This document shows, piece by piece, positions 1 to 9,387 of a DNA stretch of 58,172 bases; positions within the stretch are counted from its first letter, which is position 1, and each line of letters opens with the position of its first letter. Source of the stretch: Candidatus Thorarchaeota archaeon. GTDB taxonomy: Archaea > Asgardarchaeota > Thorarchaeia > Thorarchaeales > Thorarchaeaceae. A model generated the notes under the pieces. That model did not search any database and was not told the DNA's origin. It worked only from the letters and a program-made list of their open reading frames with translations. The stretch lies in contig JBHLRQ010000007.1 in assembly GCA_048882385.1 (NCBI GenBank), positions 1-58,172 on the forward strand, in the 5' to 3' direction. The position numbers and the translations under genes are program-made.

Positions 1-14
1 ATATGGGAATCGTG

Positions 15-115
15 GTAGGAGGGGGGAGTTTCGTAATTGAGGGCATGTAACGAAAAACTAGCCCACACGCTCGCCTTCTTTCTGTTTAAGATGGTTTATG
101 CCCATCGAATCCTAC
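15..115 (-). ncRNA. Candidate structured RNA or 5' leader at the window edge
   Basis: Closing stem 15-20/110-115 (GTAGGA/TCCTAC), hairpins 29-34/50-55 and 90-94/102-106, complementary GGGCAT 41-46 / ATGCCC 98-103. TTTAAT box on the minus strand at 146-151. Confidence 0.35.
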
Positions 116-319
116 TTAGACTGTTATTAACCCGATATATTACCTATTAAAGTTTGTTTTGGTACTGAGATATTTCACAAAATTAACGGCGTTTAGACGT
201 CGTAAAAGTGCTTTGGAGAGGTTTCGATTTAACGAACAATGTAAGCAAAAAGCGCTTATTTTGGAAGTTAAACCAAAGCAATTCACTATTGATAATAGTT
301 AGAATAAGATAGAGAGAAC

Positions 320-343
320 GTGCGCCTTCATGTGAAAGCGCAC
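320..343 (-). terminator. Hairpin downstream of tes, likely terminator or 3' stabiliser
   Basis: GTGCGC 320-325 / GCGCAC 338-343 inverted repeat just after the tes stop, followed by a pyrimidine-rich tract on the minus strand. Confidence 0.5.
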
Positions 344-352
344 AAATTACAT

Positions 353-2020
353 TTAATCGCTAGAGTATGGCTTTGTGATGCTCTCCTCTTCAACCTGAGT
401 AGGCTTGTGACCTTTTCTCCATTCTTCAATAGGTTTGGAGAACTTCTCCTCAATTCTAGACCTGTGGATTGTATTCATTGCACAGAATGGGATGATCCTT
501 CCATCAGGAACAGAATAGTTGATGTCACAATGTGAAACACGCTCGAGGTCAAAGTTGTAGGGATCCATAAAGTGCATCATTCCAATCATAATGATTCGAC
601 GCATGAATTTAGCCAGCGACTCATAGTCACCTCGATTCAGGAAGGCACCAAGGAGGTCCTTGAGCAGACCTTTCTTCTTGATATGACGAATACCAGCCGC
701 AAGTTTGGCTTTAGCACGCTTACTTGCACCCCTTGCTTCGTCAGCGTAAAGGTTGGCAATCTCTTCAAGTAAGATGAGGAACTTGTCAACATTAATCAAG
801 TCTGTGATGGGCTTATAGGAACCATCATCATCGATGTAGATGAAAGTAGCCATTCCACAAGCGAAGTGTGAGCTGAGTTCTAGGTCAGGACCACCTTTGA
901 TTAGACCAAGTGCACGACCAACTGGCATCATGGAGGGTACAGGATACCACTCTGTTGCGGGAATCTTACCCCCAGTCTGTTCTTCTATTGCGTGAATTGC
1001 ATCAGGAATTGTAATTCGCATATCCCTACGAGCGTTGTGGTCAATACGACCTGTTATGCTCACAGGTTGGAAATTGACGCATCGTACAACATCACGATTT
1101 TCAACAGCAAATTCGATTATACCACCAAGTTGGTGGTCATTTACACCACGAACCACAGTTGGAACTAGTACGAGAGATTCCATACCAACTTCCCGTGCAT
1201 TCTGAATAGCCTGCTTCTTTAAGGGAAGAAGGTTTGTTCCTCGGGCCGCTAGATAGGGCTCAGGAGTAACACCATCAAACTGCATATAGATGGTCGAGAG
1301 ACCTGCATCACGGAGCTCTTGCAAGTATTCTTTACTCTTGCCGACGCGGATTACATTGCTAGCTATTTGCACATGTTTGAATCCTAATTGTTTTGCCCAC
1401 TTGATATACTGTGGAAGATGTTTGCTAACAGTTGGCTCACCACCAGCGAACTGTAATGCGGGTGCAGGAACTGGTAGGTTGCTACGGAGGTTTTTCATCA
1501 TATCAAAGACTTCCTGTGGATCAGGTTCATAGACTGTGCCACCTTCTGCAGCTACAGCGAAACAAATCGGACAACGTAGATTGCAACGATTGGTTACATC
1601 TAGAAGAGCTAGAGCTGTGTGAGATTTATGCTCAGGGCACTGGCCACAATCCTCTGGACAACCTTTCACAGTTTCAGTACGGGGATTATCAAGTCCGACG
1701 GATTTATACCACCATTTCTGGGCTTTTTTGAACATCTCAACATCGCCCCAATAAACATCAATAAACTCACCGTGATCTTCACAAGTCTTCTTGTACATTA
1801 CTTTGCCATCTTCCTCATAGAGGGTAGCTTCAATCACGTGGACTTTGTCATCAGTCAAGAAACACTCTGGACATATCGACTCAGTGTTATACGGTAGTTC
1901 CTTGACTGGGTATCTTTCAACACGATACCTAGAGATTGGCCCACCATCTTCATGCTTAATGGGCACCTCTGGAATTGGTTTAACATCATCAGTAGCCATA
2001 ATTATTCTCTCCATGACCAC
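353..2020 (-). CDS. tes: Radical SAM tetraether lipid synthase (Tes/GDGT-MAS, MJ0619 family)
   Basis: N-terminal CPEC...CEDH, GCPEDCGQCPEH, radical SAM motif TNRCNLRCPICFA, GGEPT, C-terminal FMDPYNFDLERV..CDI...IIPFCAMN typical of the family. Confidence 0.85.
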   Translation of the reverse strand: MVMERIIMATDDVKPIPEVPIKHEDGGPISRYRVERYPVKELPYNTESICPECFLTDDKVHVIEATLYEEDGKVMYKKTCEDHGEFIDVYWGDVEMFKKAQKWWYKSVGLDNPRTETVKGCPEDCGQCPEHKSHTALALLDVTNRCNLRCPICFAVAAEGGTVYEPDPQEVFDMMKNLRSNLPVPAPALQFAGGEPTVSKHLPQYIKWAKQLGFKHVQIASNVIRVGKSKEYLQELRDAGLSTIYMQFDGVTPEPYLAARGTNLLPLKKQAIQNAREVGMESLVLVPTVVRGVNDHQLGGIIEFAVENRDVVRCVNFQPVSITGRIDHNARRDMRITIPDAIHAIEEQTGGKIPATEWYPVPSMMPVGRALGLIKGGPDLELSSHFACGMATFIYIDDDGSYKPITDLINVDKFLILLEEIANLYADEARGASKRAKAKLAAGIRHIKKKGLLKDLLGAFLNRGDYESLAKFMRRIIMIGMMHFMDPYNFDLERVSHCDINYSVPDGRIIPFCAMNTIHRSRIEEKFSKPIEEWRKGHKPTQVEEESITKPYSSD

Positions 2021-2121
2021 ATGGCACCACCACTGAACAGGGTGGTATTTACAGGCACAGGGGCAAAAAATCTGAATATAAATTTAATCCGAAGTTTCAG
2101 AGTATGTAGAGTGAGCTTTCC

Positions 2122-2445
2122 TCACTCCGTTTCTTCCTCAATTAGAAGAACATATCCTTCATTGAATCCGCCACGAGCTATAAGTTTCGTATGACGCTGA
2201 AGTTCTAAAAGTGCCGGATCTGCATTCCTAAGCTTGATGAGTGCATCAATGGCTTCTTGGATATCCACCAGTTCTTCAGAATCTCCCGAGAAGAGAAATT
2301 CTTGAGCCTCTTCAACTATTTTCTCACGCAAGAGAACATCGAGCTCATCTTTACTTGCTACGCGTACTTTGGGATTTCCTCCCTGCTCACGAATCATATC
2401 TGGAACCTTGTCACGGACTAACTTGTCTTTCAAAAGTGTCACCAC
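2122..2445 (-). CDS. MazG-like / phosphoribosyl-ATP pyrophosphohydrolase-like NTP pyrophosphohydrolase
   Basis: KLVRDKVP, EKIVEEAQEF, EELVDIQE and RGGF motifs. Confidence 0.75.
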   Translation of the reverse strand: MVTLLKDKLVRDKVPDMIREQGGNPKVRVASKDELDVLLREKIVEEAQEFLFSGDSEELVDIQEAIDALIKLRNADPALLELQRHTKLIARGGFNEGYVLLIEEETE

Positions 2446-2447
2446 GG

Positions 2448-3131
2448 TTATTTGATGGCGAGTGCTACTTCAACCTGATACTTTGCTTCAGAGAGAAATG
2501 CATCAACAGCACTCTGGATTACTCCAGGTAGTTCTGCAGTCCAAGGAGCCTCAGCATCTCGGGGTGTGGAATCTGTCATTGATTCAAATGGAAGAAACTT
2601 TGGCGTTAAGGATTCATCAAAGGAAATCGTTCCAACCCATTGACCATCATTATCAACAAACTCGTAAGTTGGAAGGAATTTCCTATTGCTCTCAGGAACA
2701 ACAGCATTCCAATAGATAGACATTCCATTGAACTGCTGAGGGTTTCCAAGACCAATATTATAGGTGTCCATAGTTGCTGTAGCACTAACTACTTTGTAGA
2801 GTATCCCAATTTTGCAATTCAAACATTGATTAAACTCGAGTCCATCACCACTTGGTTCTACATACGCTATTCCATTCTTCTCTATGTTGTCATCATTACA
2901 ATGAACACATAGATTCATTCCCCACCGAACTTCGAGATGATCTCTGAATGGACCCTTGATGAAACGATCTACAGCTTCCTCAAATGCACTCCTAACAGCG
3001 GCTGCACCTTCATGTTCCATTTTTGTTCTTATAGCTTTGAAAACTTCAAGAATATCCTGCCAGAGAATGTTCATGATCATGTCAGCTAGCTTGTCTAAGG
3101 GTCGTTCTTCAAGAGCACTCATGACAATCAA
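2448..3131 (-). CDS. Hypothetical protein with a possible zinc ribbon
   Basis: 227-aa ORF; CVHC...CLNC pairs; abuts the downstream gene. Confidence 0.7.
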   Translation of the reverse strand: MIVMSALEERPLDKLADMIMNILWQDILEVFKAIRTKMEHEGAAAVRSAFEEAVDRFIKGPFRDHLEVRWGMNLCVHCNDDNIEKNGIAYVEPSGDGLEFNQCLNCKIGILYKVVSATATMDTYNIGLGNPQQFNGMSIYWNAVVPESNRKFLPTYEFVDNDGQWVGTISFDESLTPKFLPFESMTDSTPRDAEAPWTAELPGVIQSAVDAFLSEAKYQVEVALAIK

Positions 3132-3244
3132 CTGAAGACTTGATATTTCTACTATTAAGTAAACATCTGTCAGACCTATTGATGGTCAACTAGGTCTAGC
3201 CTAAGGTTTTTAACTGAGGTTCTCTGAGAAACCAGAGTACGAAT

Positions 3245-3335
3245 AGGTGAGAAAAGGATGGATTGCCAAATTCAATAATTCAAATGACCATCCCTTTAGT
3301 CAGGACCATACAAAACTCTCACCTCAGGGAAACCC
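3245..3335 (+). promoter_or_regulatory. Structured 5' leader of ileS
   Basis: TTTTTAA box 3207-3213. Stems AGGTGAGA 3245-3252 / TCTCACCT 3317-3324 and AAAGGATGG 3253-3261 / CCATCCCTTT 3288-3297. GGGAAACCC hairpin 3327-3335. Confidence 0.45.
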
Positions 3336-3383
3336 GTTAGTGTTTTGTTATTTCTTCCAATTGCATGAAAAGAGGATACTACC

Positions 3384-6300
3384 ATGAGCTCATTACCTAA
3401 ACGATATGAACCGCAATCATTGGAATCAGAAGTATTAGATTTCTGGGAAAAGAATGATGTATATAGAAAGACAGTAGAACTGAGGGAAGCAGGTCCTCGA
3501 TGGAACTTCTTAGAAGGCCCACCCACTACCAATGGGTTCATGCATGTTGGTCATGCTCGTGGTCGCGCGATGAAAGATGCACAGCTACGATATATGACAA
3601 TGAGAGGGTTCAATGTATGGCGTCGTGGTGGCTGGGATATGCAAGGACTTCCCGTTGAGCTTGAAGTAGAGAGGATGGAAGGAATAGACCAGAAGGGACT
3701 CATAGAATCCGACCTTGGGATGGATGTATTTGTTCAGAAATGTAAAGAACTTGTAGACTATTATCTTGAGGGGTGGGTAAATGACTCAGTAAGATTGGGT
3801 CTCTGGTTGGATTATCCCTCAGCATACCAGACGAGAAGAGATGATTATATAGAACATGTCTGGTATTTTCTAAAGATGGCTGATGAGAAAGGTCTTCTTG
3901 GTCGAGGGTACAGAGTCAATCCAATATGTCCTCGATGTGTCACTGCACTCTCTGGACATGAGGTTTCCCAAGGATACCAAACAAAAATAGATCCCTCAAT
4001 ATATGTCAAGTTCAAGCTTGTTGGAAGAGAACACGAGTATTTGGTTATATGGACCACGACACCATTCACGCTGATATCGAACGAGATGGTGTCAGTTCAT
4101 CCAAAGATGAGGTATGTGAAAGTTGACGTTGGTGGCGAATTCTGGTGGTTAGTAGAAGACCTTGTAGAGGAGGTTATGCAAAAAGCAAATGTTGCGACAT
4201 ATGAAGTCGTAGAGTCACTTTCCGGAAAGAAGATGTTAGGATGGAAATACGAACATCCTTTCAAAGACGAAGTACCTTTCCACCGAGAACATGACGAAGA
4301 GTATATGCATGCAGTGGTCACAGGCACCCATGTAACCGTCGAAGATGGTACTGGACTTGTTCACACAGCACCTGGTTTTGGTCCAGATGACTTCAACGTT
4401 GGAAGAGAGTTCAATGTGCCAATATTTGCCCCTGTCACACCATCAGGAAAATTCACTGATGAGGTTCCAATGTTCAAAGGAAGACTTGTGTTTGACACTA
4501 ATCCTGAGGTTCCGAGGTTGTTGGATGACAAAGGACTACTTGTTCATGAGGAAACTCTATCACACGAGTATCCTCACTGTTGGAGATGTGATACACCCCT
4601 CGTCTATCTCGCGGATAATACTCAATGGTTCCTAAAGATGACCGGAGTCAGAGAGCGGTTGGTTGAAGCCAACAAGGAAGTGGACTGGACTCCGGATTGG
4701 GCAGGAACTGGACGGTTTGGAGATTGGTTAGCGAATGCTGACGACTGGTGCATATCTCGGTCTAGAGTGTGGGGGTCACCATTACCAGTTTGGACATGTG
4801 ATGATTGTGATGCAGAAGTAGTCATAGGTTCAAGAAAAGAATTGAAGGAAAAAGCACTCACTTTTCCGGATGACTTTGAAATGCATAGGCCTTGGGCAGA
4901 TGAGGTTGTTTTGAAATGCGAGAAATGTGGCGGCGAGATGCACAGAGAGGAATTTGTGACTGATTGTTGGTTGGATTCTGGTATGGCTCATACTGCAAGT
5001 GTTGATTATCTACGAGACCCTGCATTGCACAAAGAGCTATACCCCTACGATTTCATAACTGAAGCTGTAGATCAATCAAGGGGATGGTTCTATAGTCTAC
5101 TTTACACATCTGTTGTAATGCATGGTAGTACACCATTCAAAGCCTGTGTCAGCCAAGAGCACGTATTGGATGCTGAAGGAGGGAAGATGAGTAAGTCAAG
5201 AGGAAATGTAGTTTGGGCAAAGGATGCCTTCTCAGACATAGGTGCAGACCCATTCAGGGTCTTCGTTCTTACACGATCAGCTTCATGGTCACGTATGAAC
5301 TATGATTCAAAGGAGATAGAACTCACAAGAAAGAAGCTTGATGTTTTGTGGAACGTTGTTCTATTCGCAGAAACATACATGGACCTCGACAAATTCAAGT
5401 ATGATAAGAAAAGGATGACAGAGTTCCTAGATAAGGCGGACCTAGAGGACAAATGGTTGCTCTCTAGGGTACAGAGTGTCGTCAAAGAATACAGGGTCAA
5501 TATGGACAAGTACCTATGGCATCATGCTGGACGAGTATTGCTAGACTTTGTATCCGAAGATCTAAGCAGGGTATATCTTCCTCTAGTGAAGAAAAGGGTC
5601 TGGTTGGACCGTGATGATCCAAAGAAGGTCATGGCTTATGATGTCATGTACTACACCCTACAGACCTTCTTGAGATGTTTCAACGTGTTCACTCCGTTCC
5701 TTGCGGAGAAACTACACACTGATTTCCTAATGCGGTTTTCTGATGGTTTGCCAGAGTCAATAAACATGACAGATATGCCTGAAGCAAATGACAACCTCCT
5801 TGATGAAGAGATGGAGACGACTTTTGAAATACTACAGGAAATGCGGAGTGCAGCAAGTCATGCTCGTAACAAGAAGGGTATGAAATTAAGACATCCAGTG
5901 GCGAAAGTCACACTAATAGCTGAGAATAAGGAAACTGCAAAACGAGCACAGAACCTTTCCGAATTGTTGAAGGATGATCTTAACACAAGATCTTTCGAAG
6001 CTTTACTGACTGATGTTATGGCAGAGTTTACTATGCTCACTGTCAAGCCGAATTACAAGACTCTCGGTCCAAAGTACAAAGACATGATGAAACATCTTGT
6101 TGCTACACTTGAAACTGTTGATGCTGTCAAGTTAAGATCAGACATGGAAAAGGGAAAGGCATCCGTTACTGTAAATGGAAAGAAGCTAACGTTGGAAACA
6201 GGAGATGTAGAATTTGAAGAGAGCCTCCCAGAACATCTAAGCTTTGCAGATTCAAAGGTAGGAAAAGTGTATGTTGATGTGACTAGGACAAAAGAGCTGG

Positions 6301-6581
6301 AAGCTGAAGGGCTTGTACGTGATGTCATAAGAAGAGTTCAAGTAATGCGCAAAGAGCTCGACTTGAAGGTAGAACAATCTGTAGATGTGCTACTATATTT
6401 CTCTGAAGATGATGCAGTCGAGCTTTCAAAGATGTTCGAAGCACATCTGGCAAACGAGATACGTGCAGATTCACTTGACATGATGGGACCAAGTGCTAAG
6501 CCAAAGTGGAAGAACTTTTCTTATGTAAAAGAGTGGGACATAGACGATCTCAAACTCAAAGTTGGAATGAATCCGAAGTAA
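3384..6581 (+). CDS. ileS: Isoleucyl-tRNA synthetase (archaeal/eukaryote type)
   Basis: EGPP..NG..HVGH (HIGH), WTTTP editing domain, DWCISRSRVWG, EAVDQSRGWF, KMSKS; 1065 aa. Confidence 0.96.
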   Translation: MSSLPKRYEPQSLESEVLDFWEKNDVYRKTVELREAGPRWNFLEGPPTTNGFMHVGHARGRAMKDAQLRYMTMRGFNVWRRGGWDMQGLPVELEVERMEGIDQKGLIESDLGMDVFVQKCKELVDYYLEGWVNDSVRLGLWLDYPSAYQTRRDDYIEHVWYFLKMADEKGLLGRGYRVNPICPRCVTALSGHEVSQGYQTKIDPSIYVKFKLVGREHEYLVIWTTTPFTLISNEMVSVHPKMRYVKVDVGGEFWWLVEDLVEEVMQKANVATYEVVESLSGKKMLGWKYEHPFKDEVPFHREHDEEYMHAVVTGTHVTVEDGTGLVHTAPGFGPDDFNVGREFNVPIFAPVTPSGKFTDEVPMFKGRLVFDTNPEVPRLLDDKGLLVHEETLSHEYPHCWRCDTPLVYLADNTQWFLKMTGVRERLVEANKEVDWTPDWAGTGRFGDWLANADDWCISRSRVWGSPLPVWTCDDCDAEVVIGSRKELKEKALTFPDDFEMHRPWADEVVLKCEKCGGEMHREEFVTDCWLDSGMAHTASVDYLRDPALHKELYPYDFITEAVDQSRGWFYSLLYTSVVMHGSTPFKACVSQEHVLDAEGGKMSKSRGNVVWAKDAFSDIGADPFRVFVLTRSASWSRMNYDSKEIELTRKKLDVLWNVVLFAETYMDLDKFKYDKKRMTEFLDKADLEDKWLLSRVQSVVKEYRVNMDKYLWHHAGRVLLDFVSEDLSRVYLPLVKKRVWLDRDDPKKVMAYDVMYYTLQTFLRCFNVFTPFLAEKLHTDFLMRFSDGLPESINMTDMPEANDNLLDEEMETTFEILQEMRSAASHARNKKGMKLRHPVAKVTLIAENKETAKRAQNLSELLKDDLNTRSFEALLTDVMAEFTMLTVKPNYKTLGPKYKDMMKHLVATLETVDAVKLRSDMEKGKASVTVNGKKLTLETGDVEFEESLPEHLSFADSKVGKVYVDVTRTKELEAEGLVRDVIRRVQVMRKELDLKVEQSVDVLLYFSEDDAVELSKMFEAHLANEIRADSLDMMGPSAKPKWKNFSYVKEWDIDDLKLKVGMNPK

Positions 6582-6585
6582 TCAA

Positions 6586-7917
6586 TTAAACTGGACTCTT
6601 ATCCCTAGTGAGGACTTCAAGCAGGGTATAGAAGGCTTCAGCGTTCTCTTTCAGAGAGTCAATAGAAACCCACTCATTTGCTCCATGGACATTGTCACCT
6701 CTTGGACCAAAGTCAAACAGGTCTACACCTTCTGGTGCGAAGTATCTGGAATCAGAACCACCAAAGCCCTCCACAATCCTATAGTGGATACCCTCTTTCT
6801 CAAGTGCCCATCTGAAAGATTTGATGAGATGAGAGTCAGGGTCACAATTCACGTATCCGATTCCAGGACTGACTTTGAGAGAAAAATAATCAACTCGACC
6901 TTTCAAAGAATCTTGAAAAGCTGCATCGACTGCTTCACCATCATTGGTCATAGCACGAACATCCACATAGAGTCGCCACAGGTCTCCCTCTTTTGATAAG
7001 ATATTGGGACATATGTTCGTTCCTTTGTCGGATCGAGCTGTAGGAAATTTCGTCATCGATAATGCAAGAATAGATCGAATCAAGTCAGTCAAATTTGCAT
7101 CATATGTAAATTCTGCGCCTTTTGGATCAGGATGAATTACATCCATCTCCACATAGTCAGGAACCACGTTACTTTTCAAAAATGGACCACGGACATCTTG
7201 GATAACAGCTTGAGAATTGATGTCAAGATATTTCGAAGCGGCAATCATCGCATGTCGATCTACTCCAAAGCGCATGTAGGCACTGTGTCTCGAATCAGTT
7301 CCGTAAGTTTCTGTGGTCACTTTCAAAGTCTTCTTACGACCTTTGATTTTGTGCATTTGTTCTCTTACATGAATTACAGTGGGAAGCATGTTTCTTCTTT
7401 TATGGATGATATCCTGACCATTCCCATCAGCCACCACGACATAATCTGGGAAGAGTCCTTGCTTGATGAGGTGTTCCTTCAGTACTCCAGCACCCTTCCG
7501 TCCTCCAATCTCCTCATCTCCAGATACTGCAATCATTACCATGCATGAAAAATCCGACTCCGCGAGCTTATCAGCCATTAAAAGAAGTGAAACGATGTTT
7601 CCTTTGTCATCACACGTCCCTCTTCCGTAAGCCCGGTCTCCATCAACATGCAACTTCAGAGGATCGGTTTTCCATTTCTCTCGGTCAAAAGGAACGACAT
7701 CAAAGTGGGCCAGAAAAAGTATCTTGAACTCCCCATGACCTCGACGACCAAATGCAGTTGTGTATCCATTCTCCTCGATGATCTCTGTAAGAAATCCAAA
7801 ATCACCGAGTACCTTGTTGATATACTCAGGACACTTTCTGGTAGCTTTCATCTCATCATTATTCCTTGTATCAAATGCAACTAAGGTTTCCAGAAGTGAA
7901 ACTGGGTCTAATGTCAT
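6586..7917 (-). CDS. M20/M25/M40 metallopeptidase (ArgE/DapE-like)
   Basis: AHFDVVP, YGRGTCDDKG, DEEIGG, GGSDSR, HGANE motifs. Confidence 0.85.
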   Translation of the reverse strand: MTLDPVSLLETLVAFDTRNNDEMKATRKCPEYINKVLGDFGFLTEIIEENGYTTAFGRRGHGEFKILFLAHFDVVPFDREKWKTDPLKLHVDGDRAYGRGTCDDKGNIVSLLLMADKLAESDFSCMVMIAVSGDEEIGGRKGAGVLKEHLIKQGLFPDYVVVADGNGQDIIHKRRNMLPTVIHVREQMHKIKGRKKTLKVTTETYGTDSRHSAYMRFGVDRHAMIAASKYLDINSQAVIQDVRGPFLKSNVVPDYVEMDVIHPDPKGAEFTYDANLTDLIRSILALSMTKFPTARSDKGTNICPNILSKEGDLWRLYVDVRAMTNDGEAVDAAFQDSLKGRVDYFSLKVSPGIGYVNCDPDSHLIKSFRWALEKEGIHYRIVEGFGGSDSRYFAPEGVDLFDFGPRGDNVHGANEWVSIDSLKENAEAFYTLLEVLTRDKSPV

Positions 7918-8063
7918 CTCTATCGAAGATACACGATACGAAGTGAGTCAAAAGTCTATCCACTCAAGTTGACAATGCAGGAAGAGAAAGCTGTGATAAG
8001 GGACAATCTTCTCATCATGAGGTCCTAGATTCTCACCTCATGTCCAAAGACCAGTAGAGAATC

Positions 8064-9206
8064 TCATTTTCTTCTGTAGTAGACTGCAATACCTAGTAGT
8101 ACCGCTGTAACTCCAACTCCAGCTACAATGATCTGAGGTAGATTATTCTCGAGAAGACTTCGCGAACTCGTTACATTGACAAGAACCCAATCACTCCCAG
8201 TTCTACCCACAGTATTAGTGACAACGCAAGTGAAGTTGTGGAGCCCTACTTCAAGTCCATCTATGTTTATCTCAATATGGTCATCAGCTCGATTGCGAGT
8301 GAGATTCATTAGCCCTGAGGTAAAGATTGCATCATTATCATAGATAACATAATCAACAGGATAGTCTTCCATCACATTCCAATAGATTGCGTAGCCAGTA
8401 TCACCTACGGTATAGTTGAGATGTTCAGTTGCTTGTCGTCCACCATCTTCCGGATAGATGATGAATGAGTGGTCAAACACAAATGGTGGTGATGGATCAC
8501 AGATAAGTTGAAAGAAATTCATTATTTCTTCAGATGTAGCATCTTCTCCGGTTATCGTCACATTCTGCAAAAGACCACTGTTAGAAGCGGAGGGAGGCCA
8601 TGAAGGGAACAACCAATAGGACACCATTACATCATAGAAAACACCCTCATAGGTAAAGTTGTACTCAATAGCCCAGAATGTCTGATCCCAAAGAGAATAA
8701 ACCTCATAATATGGGTCTGGTAATATAGTTACGTTGATATCAAGTCCCCATGGACCAGTCCAAGATTTCATAAGATCCTCATAGACTGCATTCCATGTGC
8801 TTTCATCTATACCCCAGTAGGATATCGCTGGCTTGAACCAATCATACCCAGTCCATATGAGCCCTGCATCTTGGATGATGTATTTGAAGAATTCTGGTTC
8901 AGTGACAATCCCCAGGGAGCTAAACATCGATACGTTAACATTGGGTATCTCATCCCAAGTCGTAATATTATGGACATAAGATGGTTCATTCTCTATTCGT
9001 AGGAAAGCCTCTTTCTCCACGATATCAAGTGTGCCGGTTTCATTGGTTCCAGTGATATATCTACAAGGAAAAAGAACCCCATCTTCTAAGTCCCAAATCA
9101 AATCATATTCGAATGCAGGTGTTTGAGGAACGGTTGATAACAAAGCAACACCAAGTAGTAGAGTAAGGAAAATGAGAATTCGATTATGATGACTCACGAA
9201 ACTCAC
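8064..9206 (-). CDS. Secreted, C-terminally membrane-anchored surface protein with an Ig-like domain
   Basis: N-terminal signal-like hydrophobic stretch, many N-x-S/T sequons, beta-rich C-terminal module, TM helix followed by YYRRK. Confidence 0.7.
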   Translation of the reverse strand: MSFVSHHNRILIFLTLLLGVALLSTVPQTPAFEYDLIWDLEDGVLFPCRYITGTNETGTLDIVEKEAFLRIENEPSYVHNITTWDEIPNVNVSMFSSLGIVTEPEFFKYIIQDAGLIWTGYDWFKPAISYWGIDESTWNAVYEDLMKSWTGPWGLDINVTILPDPYYEVYSLWDQTFWAIEYNFTYEGVFYDVMVSYWLFPSWPPSASNSGLLQNVTITGEDATSEEIMNFFQLICDPSPPFVFDHSFIIYPEDGGRQATEHLNYTVGDTGYAIYWNVMEDYPVDYVIYDNDAIFTSGLMNLTRNRADDHIEINIDGLEVGLHNFTCVVTNTVGRTGSDWVLVNVTSSRSLLENNLPQIIVAGVGVTAVLLGIAVYYRRK

Positions 9207-9387
9207 CCTGCTGCTTCAGGCATATCATGAGTATTAAGAATTTCTAAGTTTCTTCATAATTCATCTTCGAAATTCCAAAAGTCCAACAATCATAATTCGT
9301 AATTATTCATGAGAATGAAGATTCGTATGTCAAATGAAAAAGCTTTGACAAGGGACAGTAAAGTTGCCCCTTGCATCTCTGAACCAA

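Noticed and set aside
3284-3340. uORF MTIPLVRTIQNSHLRETR as an Ile attenuator peptide
   Set aside because: Only two scattered Ile codons and no clear RBS or terminator/antiterminator pair.
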